NCBI GenBank assembly: GCA_902796105.1
Contig: CADBNO010000256.1
Span: 1-53,432 of the forward strand
Origin: an uncultured Lachnospiraceae bacterium
GTDB lineage: Bacteria; Bacillota; Clostridia; Lachnospirales; Lachnospiraceae
DNA: 53,432 bases
Direction of reading: 5' to 3'
The position numbers were made by a program, and so were the translations under genes. The stretch's first letter is position 1. Every line of letters starts with the position of its first letter. Below the pieces are notes generated by a model, which saw only the letters and a list, made by a program, of their open reading frames with translations, was not told the origin of the DNA and made no database searches. This document shows positions 10,626-21,300 of the stretch, in pieces.

Positions 10626-11249
10626 TTGGAGAAACTTATGCAGATAGCAAAATATAACGACTGCCGGTATGAGATCCGACAGGAACAGAATAACGAAATG
10701 ATACTGCTCTTATCGAATACCTGGCAACAGGGGTTTGATGTAGAAAAGATAGATGATAAAGAATACTACGCCAAACGCGTTCCCATAAATGATATCCAGT
10801 CCATGTGGGAGACATCTATCTCCATGTCTGCCACACGGGATGGAGAAAAGACGAGAGTAGACCTCTCTGATACCCCACTTGGCTACATGGTGGAATTCTT
10901 GAATACAGAAATACCATCAGATATACTCACCGTACTGAATAAGCACATACCGGCGGAGAATGAAAAATTGATCGTATTTGATACGCTCCAAAAAGAGCTG
11001 CCGGATGCATCGTTCTGGAAAATAAAAAAAGACCTATATGATTCCTCAATTAACTGTAGTCCCGTATCGATTACGGAAGCAGTTGCTTCCTGCGTGAAAA
11101 TGACCAAAATATCCGCTGATAAAGAGATCGCATGGTGTCCAAAGTGCAATTTCCGGTTTCCCTTGGAAAACTCCACGGTTCCTTTTGGGGAGGTATACAG
11201 CACGGAATGCCCGGTCTGCGGCAAAACGATAAGCAAAAAAAGAAATTAA
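10626..11249 (+). CDS. Hypothetical protein with C-terminal zinc ribbon
   Basis: CPKC-x19-CPVC at the C-terminus. Confidence 0.6.
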   Translation: MEKLMQIAKYNDCRYEIRQEQNNEMILLLSNTWQQGFDVEKIDDKEYYAKRVPINDIQSMWETSISMSATRDGEKTRVDLSDTPLGYMVEFLNTEIPSDILTVLNKHIPAENEKLIVFDTLQKELPDASFWKIKKDLYDSSINCSPVSITEAVASCVKMTKISADKEIAWCPKCNFRFPLENSTVPFGEVYSTECPVCGKTISKKRN

Positions 11250-11300
11250 TTTAAAAACCTGCTTGATGAAGCAGATGTTCATGCATGAAAGGGGGAAACT

Positions 11301-11624
11301 ATGCGTTGCGAGTATTTAAAGGACGATGGTACTACCTGTTTATTAGCGCGTGTTACTGGTCATCTTAATTGTCCTGGCCCACAACAATATGATCTATGTG
11401 AAGAGGTTAGGGTGGAGGCTCGGCAGGTACTAAGTGAGCCTATGCGCTGTGAGTATTTAGGTGGTGACGGCACTGCCTGCTTATTAGCGTGTGCTTCGGG
11501 CTATACTGATTGTCCTGGCTCACAACAATATGATTTATGTGAGGAGGTACGAGTGGAGGCTCGGCAGGAATTGATCAGGAGACAAATCAGAGAACTTGAA
11601 AAGGTTTTCAAGAATAGGAAGTGA
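11301..11624 (+). CDS. Cys-rich protein made of two tandem units of about 47 aa
   Basis: MRCEYL..DGT.CLLA...G...CPG.QQYDLCEEVRVEARQ occurs twice; GGGGG RBS. Confidence 0.6.
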   Translation: MRCEYLKDDGTTCLLARVTGHLNCPGPQQYDLCEEVRVEARQVLSEPMRCEYLGGDGTACLLACASGYTDCPGSQQYDLCEEVRVEARQELIRRQIRELEKVFKNRK

Positions 11625-11630
11625 AGCAGC

Positions 11631-11855
11631 ATGTTTTTCATAAACAGAAGTCTTACCAGTAAAAGGAAGCAATTAGCATACGAGATTGGCGGTCTTCCAG
11701 AAAATACAAGAAAGTTCCTACAATGCTATATCTGCAAGCATAACCCTCTTCACTGCGGCCATTTACGGGATAAACCGGATGAAGACGGTCTGTGTCGCAA
11801 GTTAAAGATACAGTCTAAGAGTCTATTGACGTCAGACAACGGCATCGGGTTATAG
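11631..11855 (+). CDS. Hypothetical protein
   Basis: ORF tightly packed in the + strand run; CxxC..C motif. Confidence 0.4.
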   Translation: MFFINRSLTSKRKQLAYEIGGLPENTRKFLQCYICKHNPLHCGHLRDKPDEDGLCRKLKIQSKSLLTSDNGIGL

Positions 11856-11865
11856 GGGAGGAAAA

Positions 11866-12069
11866 ATGAGTACATGGAACACTGACTATACGGAGTGGCC
11901 AAAAAGAAAAGAAACAGACTGCGTTGTTTTCAAAGACAATCACAACGATTTGGTTTCTTTCAACATGACCTGCTCCACGCAACTCTCAGGGGAAGAATTA
12001 GTAGAATACGTCAGATCTATCCGCAAAAAAGGAGGAGAAAATGGAAAACAGACTCATAGCTCTTTATGA
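11866..12069 (+). CDS. Hypothetical protein
   Basis: GGAGG RBS; in + strand run. Confidence 0.45.
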   Translation: MSTWNTDYTEWPKRKETDCVVFKDNHNDLVSFNMTCSTQLSGEELVEYVRSIRKKGGENGKQTHSSL

Positions 12070-12376
12070 TGGAACATGCTGTATTGATGATTTTTTTGTG
12101 ATCGAAACCAATGCTCCAGAGGAGCGACTAAAAGAACTGGAATCACAATGTCTGGATATAGCGCTCAACGGTGGAAGTGAAGATGAAGTTCCCAGCTGGC
12201 TTGATGAGCTTACCGATGAAGGCTTCACTTTTGACTTCGTGGATGGATGTGACAACCCTGATGCAAAAGAGTGGCTAGCTGCTGAATATCCGGATGTTAC
12301 GGAAATATATACGAAACGATATCCTGCACCGGCAGAAGATACTTACAAAATACCTATGCCATACGGTTGGATGTGA
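12041..12376 (+). CDS. Acidic hypothetical protein
   Basis: AGGAGG RBS; 111 aa, very D/E-rich. Confidence 0.6.
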   Translation: MENRLIALYDGTCCIDDFFVIETNAPEERLKELESQCLDIALNGGSEDEVPSWLDELTDEGFTFDFVDGCDNPDAKEWLAAEYPDVTEIYTKRYPAPAEDTYKIPMPYGWM

Positions 12377-12406
12377 CAAAAAGAAGGTCAAATTAAGAAA
12401 CAGGTA

Positions 12407-12415
12407 TGTGGATAA
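12407..12415 (-). promoter_or_regulatory. DnaA box
   Basis: TGTGGATAA is the reverse complement of the consensus TTATCCACA; adjacent to the AT-rich tract and iterons. Confidence 0.75.
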
Positions 12416-12517
12416 CTTTCGGGATGTTATATACATAGAAGATATTTAGGTATTTAGATATTTACTATTTATTATTTAGGCACCCCGCAAAGCCTTATAA
12501 ATAAAGGGCGAATTTGT

Positions 12518-12922
12518 TTCGCTACCTACAAAAAGACGGTTCGCTGCCTACAAAAAGACGGTTCGTTACCTACAAAAAGACGGTTCACTGCCTACAAAAA
12601 GACGGTTCGCTACCTACAAAAAGACGGTCAAAGGAAATGGGTTTCGCTGCCTACAAAAAGACGGTCAAAGGCAATGGGTTTCGGTGCCTACAAAAAGACG
12701 GTCAAAGGAAAGGGCTTCGCTGACTACAAAAAGACGGTCAAAGGAAATGGGTTTCGCTGACTACAAAAAGACGGTCAGAGGCAATGGGTTCGGTGCCTAC
12801 AAAAAGACGGTCAAAGGAAATGGGTTTCGCTGACTACAAAAAGACGGTCAAAGGAAATGGGCTTCGGTGCCTACAAAAAGACGGTCAAAGGCAACAAGGC
12901 TTCGCTACTACCAAAAAGACGG
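12518..12922 (+). repeat. 13 iterons (22-bp unit, consensus about TTCGCTGCCTACAAAAAGACGG)
   Basis: Five copies at 22-bp period (12518-12627), then eight copies separated by a near-constant 14-16 bp linker (TCAAAGGAAATGGGT-like). Confidence 0.9.
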
Positions 12923-12937
12923 TTGGGGATGAGATAA

Positions 12938-13762
12938 ATGGATAGAAGAGAGATAGAAGAACAATTAAAAGATAAGAATCGGATGGAATACCTGGTTGTT
13001 AAAGATAATGACTTCATTCAGAAAGCAAACTATGATCTTTCTGCATCCCAGCAAAAGCTGTTTGCAGTTACGATCAGCCAGATCAAACCAACAGATGATG
13101 TATTTGAAAGATATACGATAAACGCCAAAGATTTTGCAAAGATAGCAGGGATACCCGAAAAAAACATATACCGGGATCTTAAGACCATGATAGAAAGCTT
13201 TGACGAAAAAGCCAAATGGATCAAGATCGGTGATAACGTGATAAGGTTCAGGGTCTTTTCGGAGAGTGAATACAACGAGGGCGAAGGATGCATCACAGTC
13301 ATGCTCAATTCAAGATTGCAGGAATATCTGCTAAACCTTAAAAACAATTTCACATCTTATGAGTTGTGGAACATCCTTTCCTTGAAAAGTAAATACTCTA
13401 TAAGATTATACGAATTGTTTAAGAGTTACGAGTATCAGCATTATAAGAAATTCAACATTGATGAATTAAAAGAACTTCTTTGTGCAGAGAGTTACAGTAG
13501 GTACAGCAATTTGGCAGCCAGAGTAATAGAGCCTGCAGTAAAAGAAATCAATCAGTATACCAACTTAGAAGTTGCCTTCAAAGCAGTTCAAGAAGGGAAA
13601 ACCCATAAGGTAGTGGGGATAGAATTTACGATTAAAACAAAATCCAGTAAGGATGCTTTCCAGGCATACATGGAGACAGATACAAGGCTTACCAAGAAGA
13701 ACAAGCAGGTTCCTGGCCAGATATCCATGTTTCCTGCACAGGAAGGAGAAGCAGATGTATGA
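12938..13762 (+). CDS. repB: Plasmid replication initiation protein, Rep_3/RepB family
   Basis: VVKDNDFIQKANYDLSASQQKL, LKSKYSIRLYELFK, Y..YSNL..RVIEPAVKEINQYT motifs typical of Rep_3; iterons immediately upstream. Confidence 0.9.
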   Translation: MDRREIEEQLKDKNRMEYLVVKDNDFIQKANYDLSASQQKLFAVTISQIKPTDDVFERYTINAKDFAKIAGIPEKNIYRDLKTMIESFDEKAKWIKIGDNVIRFRVFSESEYNEGEGCITVMLNSRLQEYLLNLKNNFTSYELWNILSLKSKYSIRLYELFKSYEYQHYKKFNIDELKELLCAESYSRYSNLAARVIEPAVKEINQYTNLEVAFKAVQEGKTHKVVGIEFTIKTKSSKDAFQAYMETDTRLTKKNKQVPGQISMFPAQEGEADV

Positions 13763-14069
13763 CGAGATACTTGACCTGATTATACAAATGCATACCCGGA
13801 AGAAAAAAGTAGTCAAAACAACGCAGACGTGTTCGTTACTTATGAGCATCACGTGCTGGGTACTTTTACTGGCCGACGCTTTTACTGCTCCCTGTATAGA
13901 GATAAATCATATAGCTATGATCATGCTATCGCTTATAGGTGGGGCAATATGGATAAGCTGCGAACTCGCTAACACATTCCTAGAGATTGATTTGAACAGA
14001 ATGTATTTTATCAAAGATAAACATGAATCATACGAACATCAACAGGAAGAGGAGCAAAAAGATGTATAA
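13755..14069 (+). CDS. Two-TM hypothetical protein
   Basis: AAGGAG RBS; overlaps the rep stop; two hydrophobic segments. Confidence 0.55.
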   Translation: MYDEILDLIIQMHTRKKKVVKTTQTCSLLMSITCWVLLLADAFTAPCIEINHIAMIMLSLIGGAIWISCELANTFLEIDLNRMYFIKDKHESYEHQQEEEQKDV

Positions 14070-14547
14070 AAATATAAATATAATGGAGCCCGTGATAGAA
14101 AAGTACAATTGTCAAATTAAGAAACTCAAAATCATAAGCTGGTGGGCGATAGGAATGAGTTTAATCCTCGTATTCTTCACAGTTGTAAATGGTTACATAC
14201 ATATTCCATTAAAAGTGTATGAAGAAAAGCTCATGCTTCTTCTCCAAATTGCAGGATTTTGCATATTTCTATGGACTGAAAGTGAAATTGAACGTATAAA
14301 ACGGAATTTGCTCAAAATAAGGTTAGACATTGAACTTGGTGATTCGATTGACCAACAAAAGACACGGAGAGAAAAAAAGGATAAAGAAATAGTGGTTAAA
14401 AAATATTCAGATGAAGCAGCCCATCTTATTGCAAAGATAAGCGAGGACGAGCAACTCCTATCTGCTTTGGCTAAATATTTTGAATTAAAAGATGGCCAAA
14501 AAGAAGCGGTATATGGCTATATAGACGCACTGCATGAGCAAGACTGA
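14062..14547 (+). CDS. Two-TM hypothetical protein
   Basis: GAGGAG RBS; two TM segments, similar layout to the previous ORF. Confidence 0.55.
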   Translation: MYKNINIMEPVIEKYNCQIKKLKIISWWAIGMSLILVFFTVVNGYIHIPLKVYEEKLMLLLQIAGFCIFLWTESEIERIKRNLLKIRLDIELGDSIDQQKTRREKKDKEIVVKKYSDEAAHLIAKISEDEQLLSALAKYFELKDGQKEAVYGYIDALHEQD

Positions 14548-14620
14548 GAAAATGCAAGTATTTTGAAGAAAGTATATGTTTCGCGGATCATAAGCAAAAC
14601 AAAAAGGACGGTGAGAAAGA

Positions 14621-14974
14621 ATGTCACAACTGGGACAGTACAAGACCCCCGGAGAATTAAAGGATGAAGATAAGTGGTTTAAGTTTTTTACAAAAAAGCA
14701 GCTTGTGATTGCCATTGTAGTCCTTATCATCGACTGGAACATAGCAGTTATCTTTAACAAGATCCACTTGATCGTTATCGGCATCACCTTAGATGTATTT
14801 ATCACGATAGTAATGGCGATCATCACACTGCTTCCCATGCCGGCAAACAAGCACATATTTGGTGGGGGATTACCGTTATACAGGATCGCGTACCGGATCC
14901 TTATCAGAAAGCTGTTTAACAAGCATATTTACACAACGATGTACGAAGAAGAGATAAAGGAGAACAAAAAGTGA
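14621..14974 (+). CDS. PrgI-family (VirB3-like) conjugation membrane protein
   Basis: YKTPGELKDEDKWFKFFTKKQL followed by two TM helices; lies just before the VirB4 gene. Confidence 0.7.
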   Translation: MSQLGQYKTPGELKDEDKWFKFFTKKQLVIAIVVLIIDWNIAVIFNKIHLIVIGITLDVFITIVMAIITLLPMPANKHIFGGGLPLYRIAYRILIRKLFNKHIYTTMYEEEIKENKK

Positions 14975-16092
14975 AGATACTGGAACAAGCCAATTATTAC
15001 ATGAACATATTGATCTTTGCAACGGTCCTGATAGTTGCCATCTTTGCAGCGCTTCTTTATTACTTCGTAAAGAAAAGGAAGATACTGGCAGCAGAGGAAA
15101 AGATCAATTACAACACCTTTAACAGACAGTCTACCATGGACTACCTAAAGTTCGATGATATTGTGTCGGACGATGGAGAGGTTGCTATGGGCGGAGCCGG
15201 AATGTTTGTGATCGACGACACAACATTTGTAACTGGAATAGATGTCGTCGGATACAACTTCCACCACGCATCCGCAGGAGAGCAGCAGAGAACAATGATA
15301 GGTGCAATCGCCTTTGCTAACATCATTGAGATGCCGATCACCCTCAGACAGACTGTGGAAGCAGTAGACATCCAATACAACATTGACCAGTTCAAGGAAG
15401 CGAGAACAAAGGTGGCTAACGAACTGGTAGATGTAAAGGAAGCATATCAGGATATGGTGTTAAGAGCCGAGGCAAACCAAAGCAATCCGGAGGTTTTGGA
15501 AGTAGTCTTGAAAAATCTGGAAGGGTTGGAACGGAGGATGACATCCCTGGAGTGGAAGTTAAAAGAGGCAGATCAGATCATACGCTACGAGAAGCTTTTG
15601 CAAGAGAGAAGCTCTAACAAGGAAAAACAGAATCAAGTGCTTTTCTCTTATCACTATAACCCGGACGAATTTTCCGAGGAGCTGACGCCGGAAGAGATCA
15701 AGATCAAGGCAATGATAAATCTAAGAACCAAAATGGATATCTACATGGATGCGCTCTCCAACTGTGGATGTTCCTGCCGGCCACTTACAGCTGAGAAGCT
15801 ATGCTCGCTTGTGAGAAGACATCTTCACCCTGTCACAGCTGACTTGGTGAACACAGAGGACAGACTTGACATAGAGCTAGAGAGCCTTTTTGTGACATCT
15901 GATTCGCTGTTTGAGTTGGAGATAGAGAAGATGGGAGAGGAATCCTACCTTGCAATGCTGGAGATGGAAGAAGCAGCCAGAAAGAGCGCAATAGAAGAAG
16001 CGCAGGAGAAAAGAGAAGCAGAAACAAAAAAGATGATAGACCTGGCAGCAGATTTTGGCAGACAGGTGATAGCCAGTGCGGGAGGGATGTAA
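14971..16092 (+). CDS. Conjugation-associated protein (N-terminal TM, coiled coil)
   Basis: Overlaps prgI and precedes virB4; N-terminal TM; FDDI...G+F...G.NF motif resembling VirB4-associated proteins of Firmicutes ICEs. Confidence 0.55.
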   Translation: MKILEQANYYMNILIFATVLIVAIFAALLYYFVKKRKILAAEEKINYNTFNRQSTMDYLKFDDIVSDDGEVAMGGAGMFVIDDTTFVTGIDVVGYNFHHASAGEQQRTMIGAIAFANIIEMPITLRQTVEAVDIQYNIDQFKEARTKVANELVDVKEAYQDMVLRAEANQSNPEVLEVVLKNLEGLERRMTSLEWKLKEADQIIRYEKLLQERSSNKEKQNQVLFSYHYNPDEFSEELTPEEIKIKAMINLRTKMDIYMDALSNCGCSCRPLTAEKLCSLVRRHLHPVTADLVNTEDRLDIELESLFVTSDSLFELEIEKMGEESYLAMLEMEEAARKSAIEEAQEKREAETKKMIDLAADFGRQVIASAGGM

Positions 16093-16095
16093 GGA

Positions 16096-18390
16096 ATGCA
16101 ATACATAAATCAAGTAGCACAGACTTTAGTGCCGTATAGAGATCTTTTGATGATAGGCTTCATGGCGATACTCTTCACTATTGCTGTACTGATCATCAAG
16201 GTGATATTCCGTAAGGCTAAGGAGGCACTCTCCAGGCGGCAGAAGATATCAAAAGACAATTTAAAGAATGTGAACGTGAGGAAATTGTATCGCAGTATGC
16301 ACGGGAAATTGATCCGCACGATACTTTCCGCTGACGGCGTGAACACGAACCCACTAAGTTATATGACGCTCATGGACGGCGGAAGGGAAGTGTATATCAG
16401 AACATTCACAGTGACGGGAAAACCCAAAAGGGCCACATTTGCAAAGACTTTTACAAAACTGTTCGACTTTAACCACTGCACCTCCTCCGTATTTTTGATG
16501 CCGATCAGCGAGGAAGAAATGAGCAGGAAATTGGATAAACACATCACGATCTTAACGAGTGAGAGGAACGCGTCTAAAGATCCTAACCGTAGAAGAAAGC
16601 TGTATACCCAGGAGAGCGAAGCTAACAGCTGGGCGCAGGAGATAGAAAACGGTGATAACAAGCTGTTCCAGGTAGGTTTTTTGTTTTCTATCTACGCAGA
16701 CAGCTTACAGGAATTGAATAAACTCTCCGACAGCTTTTACACAGAAGCACTGGCAAAAGGTATCCTTGTATCTGCCTGTTACGGTATGCAGGGCGAGGCA
16801 TATGCCTTGAACGGACCTTTCAACAAAGAAAATAGAGTATCCAGCTCCACGCTGACGGATTCCCCGGTATGTTATCTGACAATGGATAAGTTCAGTGTAT
16901 CTACATTGATCAATTACCTGCAGTCCAACTTCTCCCATAAATCGGGAGTACCGCTAGGACGCGACATGATAACGGGTATGCCGGTGGTGTTCAACCTGTT
17001 TGATCCCAGCCATGATGCATATACCCTTGCGATTGCGGGGGGTTCCGGATCCGGAAAATCGACAGTAATAAAGTGCATGACCAGCAGAGAGTGTCTGTTC
17101 GGTACCCACTTTGTAGCTCTTGATTCACAAGAGAAGAAAGGTACAAGCGAAGGTGAGTACGCAGCACTGGCACGTGCGGTAGGCGGCATCAACTTCCAGT
17201 TGAGGAACGATGCAGAGGAATGTCTGAATCTGTTCGATATTTCCGAGACGATCCGTTCCGAAAAGATCACAGAGACCAATTATAGGGAAGTAAGAACAGT
17301 AGACCTTGCCGGAAAGACGACCACCCTTGTTGATATCTTATGCAGCATGATCCTCAACTCTGCCGAGAAGAAGTTTGATTCCGTTAATGACCAGACATAT
17401 GTTAAGAGGATCCTGACAGATGCGGTGACACAGACATACAACGAATTTGGCATAGAAGAAGGTAAAGTAGATTCTCTATATGAAAACCGTGTGGAAACAA
17501 AGGGCGGCATCACGACAAATCAGCAGCGAAAAAAGATGCCTACCCTGGGAGATTGCTTCAGAAGGCTCCTGATAAATCAAAACAACAACACGGAAGAAGA
17601 GCTAACAAGAGCATACACGCTTGTCACCTTTTCTTTGCAGGACAGAGTAAAGGAGATCATCTACAACAAGGAAACCATGCAGTTTTATTCCAGAGCCGCT
17701 TATGACACCATGACAGCCGATGAAAAGGAAAAAGTTACGGTGATAAGAGGAACAAAAGCATATTATGACGGTCAATCAACAATTTCCATCAGCCGTGACT
17801 GTCCGTTCGTGAATTTTGACATCAGCCTTTTGTCGGAAGTAGAAATGAGGCTGGCCGGTCAGATTGCAATGGCATGGATCACAGAGTATTTTGTGAAAAA
17901 GAACTCTGAAAAGCTCGATTCTAACGACAAGCTTATCTTGATATTGGACGAGGTACATAAGTGGTTCAAGGATCCATACGCACGAAATACGATCGACACG
18001 ACGGTGCGTGAAGCAAGAAAACGTAACGTAGGAGTGATACTTGCCACCCAGACGTTGACAGAGTATGACAACTACAAGGAGACAAAAGACCTCCTTGACC
18101 TGATGGAGTGTAAGTTTGTTTTCAAGCAGGGATTCCAGAGCAGGGATTACCTCATCAAAACGCTTGGTATCACATCCGCACAGTCTGACATGATCGTGGG
18201 AACACTCGGCGGCTCCGGACGTGATACGGAGGACGAGAAAAAGAGACACAGAGGCGAGATGTGTATTGTTGACAATAAGAAAGTATGCTTCTGTAAGGTT
18301 GATTATCTCAAGGAGACAGAAGGACTCCTTGCTGACACAAATGCAGCTGAGTACGAGCGAATGCTGAAACAAAAAAATGGAGTTGCGTAA
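16096..18390 (+). CDS. virB4: VirB4-like conjugative transfer ATPase
   Basis: Walker A GGSGSGKS, Walker B LILDEVH, REARKRNVGVILATQ, GVPLGRD...VFNLFD. Confidence 0.9.
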   Translation: MQYINQVAQTLVPYRDLLMIGFMAILFTIAVLIIKVIFRKAKEALSRRQKISKDNLKNVNVRKLYRSMHGKLIRTILSADGVNTNPLSYMTLMDGGREVYIRTFTVTGKPKRATFAKTFTKLFDFNHCTSSVFLMPISEEEMSRKLDKHITILTSERNASKDPNRRRKLYTQESEANSWAQEIENGDNKLFQVGFLFSIYADSLQELNKLSDSFYTEALAKGILVSACYGMQGEAYALNGPFNKENRVSSSTLTDSPVCYLTMDKFSVSTLINYLQSNFSHKSGVPLGRDMITGMPVVFNLFDPSHDAYTLAIAGGSGSGKSTVIKCMTSRECLFGTHFVALDSQEKKGTSEGEYAALARAVGGINFQLRNDAEECLNLFDISETIRSEKITETNYREVRTVDLAGKTTTLVDILCSMILNSAEKKFDSVNDQTYVKRILTDAVTQTYNEFGIEEGKVDSLYENRVETKGGITTNQQRKKMPTLGDCFRRLLINQNNNTEEELTRAYTLVTFSLQDRVKEIIYNKETMQFYSRAAYDTMTADEKEKVTVIRGTKAYYDGQSTISISRDCPFVNFDISLLSEVEMRLAGQIAMAWITEYFVKKNSEKLDSNDKLILILDEVHKWFKDPYARNTIDTTVREARKRNVGVILATQTLTEYDNYKETKDLLDLMECKFVFKQGFQSRDYLIKTLGITSAQSDMIVGTLGGSGRDTEDEKKRHRGEMCIVDNKKVCFCKVDYLKETEGLLADTNAAEYERMLKQKNGVA

Positions 18391-18396
18391 AGGTTT

Positions 18397-21300
18397 ATGA
18401 GAAGAAAACGAAGTCATAAAGGATCCCAATTACATACTGTTGCGGTTAAGGCCATGATTTTCTTTGTGTGCGTTTTTATGGCTGTCAGCATGGTGCCGCA
18501 GAAAGCATATGCGTATACAAGCTGGGTGCAGGACACAGATGCCTATAAAGAGTTTTATGAAAACGCATCCTTGTCCGACAAAGTTGACAACGCTTCTGCT
18601 ACATCTAAAGAAAAGGAAGGATTTCTGTCTAAACAGCTTGGAAATCTCCTCCACTGGCTTGCCAGGGATGCGCAGGAAGACCTTCAGACAGCAAACCTTA
18701 ACCTGACGATCGACGGTGTGGTATTTGGCAAGTTAGCACAGCCTACCGGCGTTTCCTATACTTCCTTTGACCTTTCTGACGGTAATATATACGGGATAGT
18801 GGGAGCTACGGTTTACACGATCTTTAGAGGAATAACATACAGTGGGCTTTTTATCATGTTTTTATACCTGCTTGCAAAAAATCTGTTCAGTACAAGCCCA
18901 AAGGCGAAAGAGGACTTTAAGCAGGGAGTATACGGCATCATCATCCATTTCGGCCTGATCTATTTTATGCCGCAGCTTGTCGATATTTTTATCTTTTTAC
19001 GCGACCAGTTCCTATATCTGATCGCTACAAAAATGATGGGTAGCGACAAAGCCTCGATCTTGGATACCATGCATACTGTGTATGAAAATAGTCCTAGCCT
19101 TGCGAGGGCAGTAGTCTATTGCGCTACCGTATTTGCAACGTTTTTTTATATCGGTAAATACATATCCGTAGCAATACAGGAAACACTCCTTTTTGGATTT
19201 TTCTGCGTCTTCAATCTTTTAGGTACAGAGAAAAAGAAATTCCTCACCGATTGGACGGGTGTTTTCTTCTCTAACCTCATGATGCCTGTGATCGATGTCG
19301 TGTGTCTCCTGTTGCCGTACAAGGCACTCGACGTAATGACTGCAGGCGGCAAAGTAGTAAGCTTTGGCGGAGGGATCATCATCATGTTTATGATATGGTC
19401 CGCTAATGCATGTTCCAGCCTTATCATGAAATTACTTGGAAATATGACCGGAACGCCAGCCGGACGTGGAATGGGAGGTCTGGCCATGATGGGAATGGCA
19501 GCAGTACGCAGCATGGGACGTGCCATGGCACCTGCCGGTAGATCCGCCGGCGCCGCTCATGGTGAAGAAGGATATAGCGCATGGAAAGAAGAGGTTCAAA
19601 ATCAGAAAAATACCGCAGAGGAAATGAATAAGCAGGCCGGCGAGATCACGAAGGGTATTGATAACCTGGATGATGAACTTGCATCACAGCAGACAGATAA
19701 TGGTCAACTGACGGAGAAAGAACTGGAAGAGCAGGCAGGCGTATTACCTACCAATGGAACAGAAGGTGCACCGGAAGAAGATTGGGATGCACCTCAATCC
19801 GGAGAAGCTGCAGCAGAAGTAGTACCGACAGAAACCGGCGAAGCACCAGAGGGCGGCGAGATACCACCTTCTGGAGAGATGAAGCCGATGGAAGAAATTA
19901 CAGGATCGGCAGAGAGTACGGATCAGGCAGAAGGCATGGATCAAGCAGAGGGTACGGATCAAGCAGAGGGTATGGCGAATGCTACATCTGATGATACGGA
20001 GGAAACTGGACAGGCAGGAGCTGATTCCGAGGTAAAAGCGGGCAATGCCGCAGCAATGGAGAATATAGAAACAGATACAGCGGATACGGATACGAAAGAG
20101 AATACAGAAGGAATGCCGGATGCAACCGAGATCAAGGATAAGACAGCGACATCCGAAGCAGAAACAACTGGAAACAATGATGCAACACAGACGGGACAGT
20201 TAAAACCCGATGCGGCAGCAGAATCCCAGAATGAAACGATAGAAAAAACCGATAAGGCAGCAACTTACCAGAACGAAGAGGCAAAGAAAGCCGCTGCGGA
20301 CACTGCACAGGGCGGCGACGGCAGCAGTGCAGCTACTAAACCTGCCGAGGATGACCTACCTCCGATGAGCGAGTTTGATAAAAAGCGGTATAACAACCTC
20401 AAAGAGATGGATGACCTTACTGCAGATATACAGAACGATAGGAAGTCCCTCGAAAAGATGCAGTCTGATCCGGGTATCGCAGCTAAGAGGGAAAATATCA
20501 AGACACTGGAGCGAGCAAACGGTGAATACGACAGAAGGATCGCTGAGACCAGGGAAGATCTGAAGGATAGGAACATCTCAGCAGAAGACAGGGCAAACAA
20601 GCAGGCCGAGTTAAGGGATCTTCAGTCAAAGAGACAAAGCAATTTCCATCAGATAGAGAAAGAGCGCACAGAGCTTGGCACGATGGAACAGGCAAACAGA
20701 GAAAAAACTGACAGAATGCAGGCGTCTATTTCCAAGAAAGAGGCAGTACTGGAGCAGAGAAAAGCCGCAGAACGACAGTTTGCACAAGTATCCAGAGATC
20801 ATGGGCGGGATGGATCAAGTTACAGTTCCGCAAAGGACATGCGCCTTGCAATGGAAACACGCAATAACAACAATCTGAAAGCACTGGAAGATGCAAGAAA
20901 TAGAGCAAATATGTCCATTAAGGATATGCGTGGTCTTTCACCGGAAACGGCAGCAGAAGTGGCCGAGATCCAGCGCAACAATATCCGCAAGGCAAATATC
21001 CAACGCGCCGTTGGAAACATAGCCAAGACAACTGTAGGCACAGGTATCACCGCTGGTGGCGCAGTAGTAGGTGCAGTAGTAGCGGCATATGGAGGACAGC
21101 AATCATCTATGACAGGAGCCATGCTTGGTGGAATGGCGGCGAGTGGTGCCGCGCGGAGGGTTAGTAGATCGATAAAGGCGATCCATGACAACCGTGAGGA
21201 AATATCAGATGATGTAATAGCCGCTGGAGCAAGAACAGTTGACATAGTAAAAGATAAGTACGAGCGGGATAAAAAGAGATTCAAACCGGCGCCAGCAACA

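Larger units (their letters stand above)
12407..12922. other. Iteron-type replication origin (oriV)
   Basis: DnaA box, AT-rich region with TATTTA(G) repeats (about 12440-12480), then iterons directly upstream of a Rep_3 gene. Confidence 0.85.

Noticed and set aside
12518-12922. Iteron array as a CRISPR array
   Set aside because: Intervening sequences are absent or near-identical 14-16 bp linkers, not unique spacers; it sits between a DnaA box and a Rep_3 gene.
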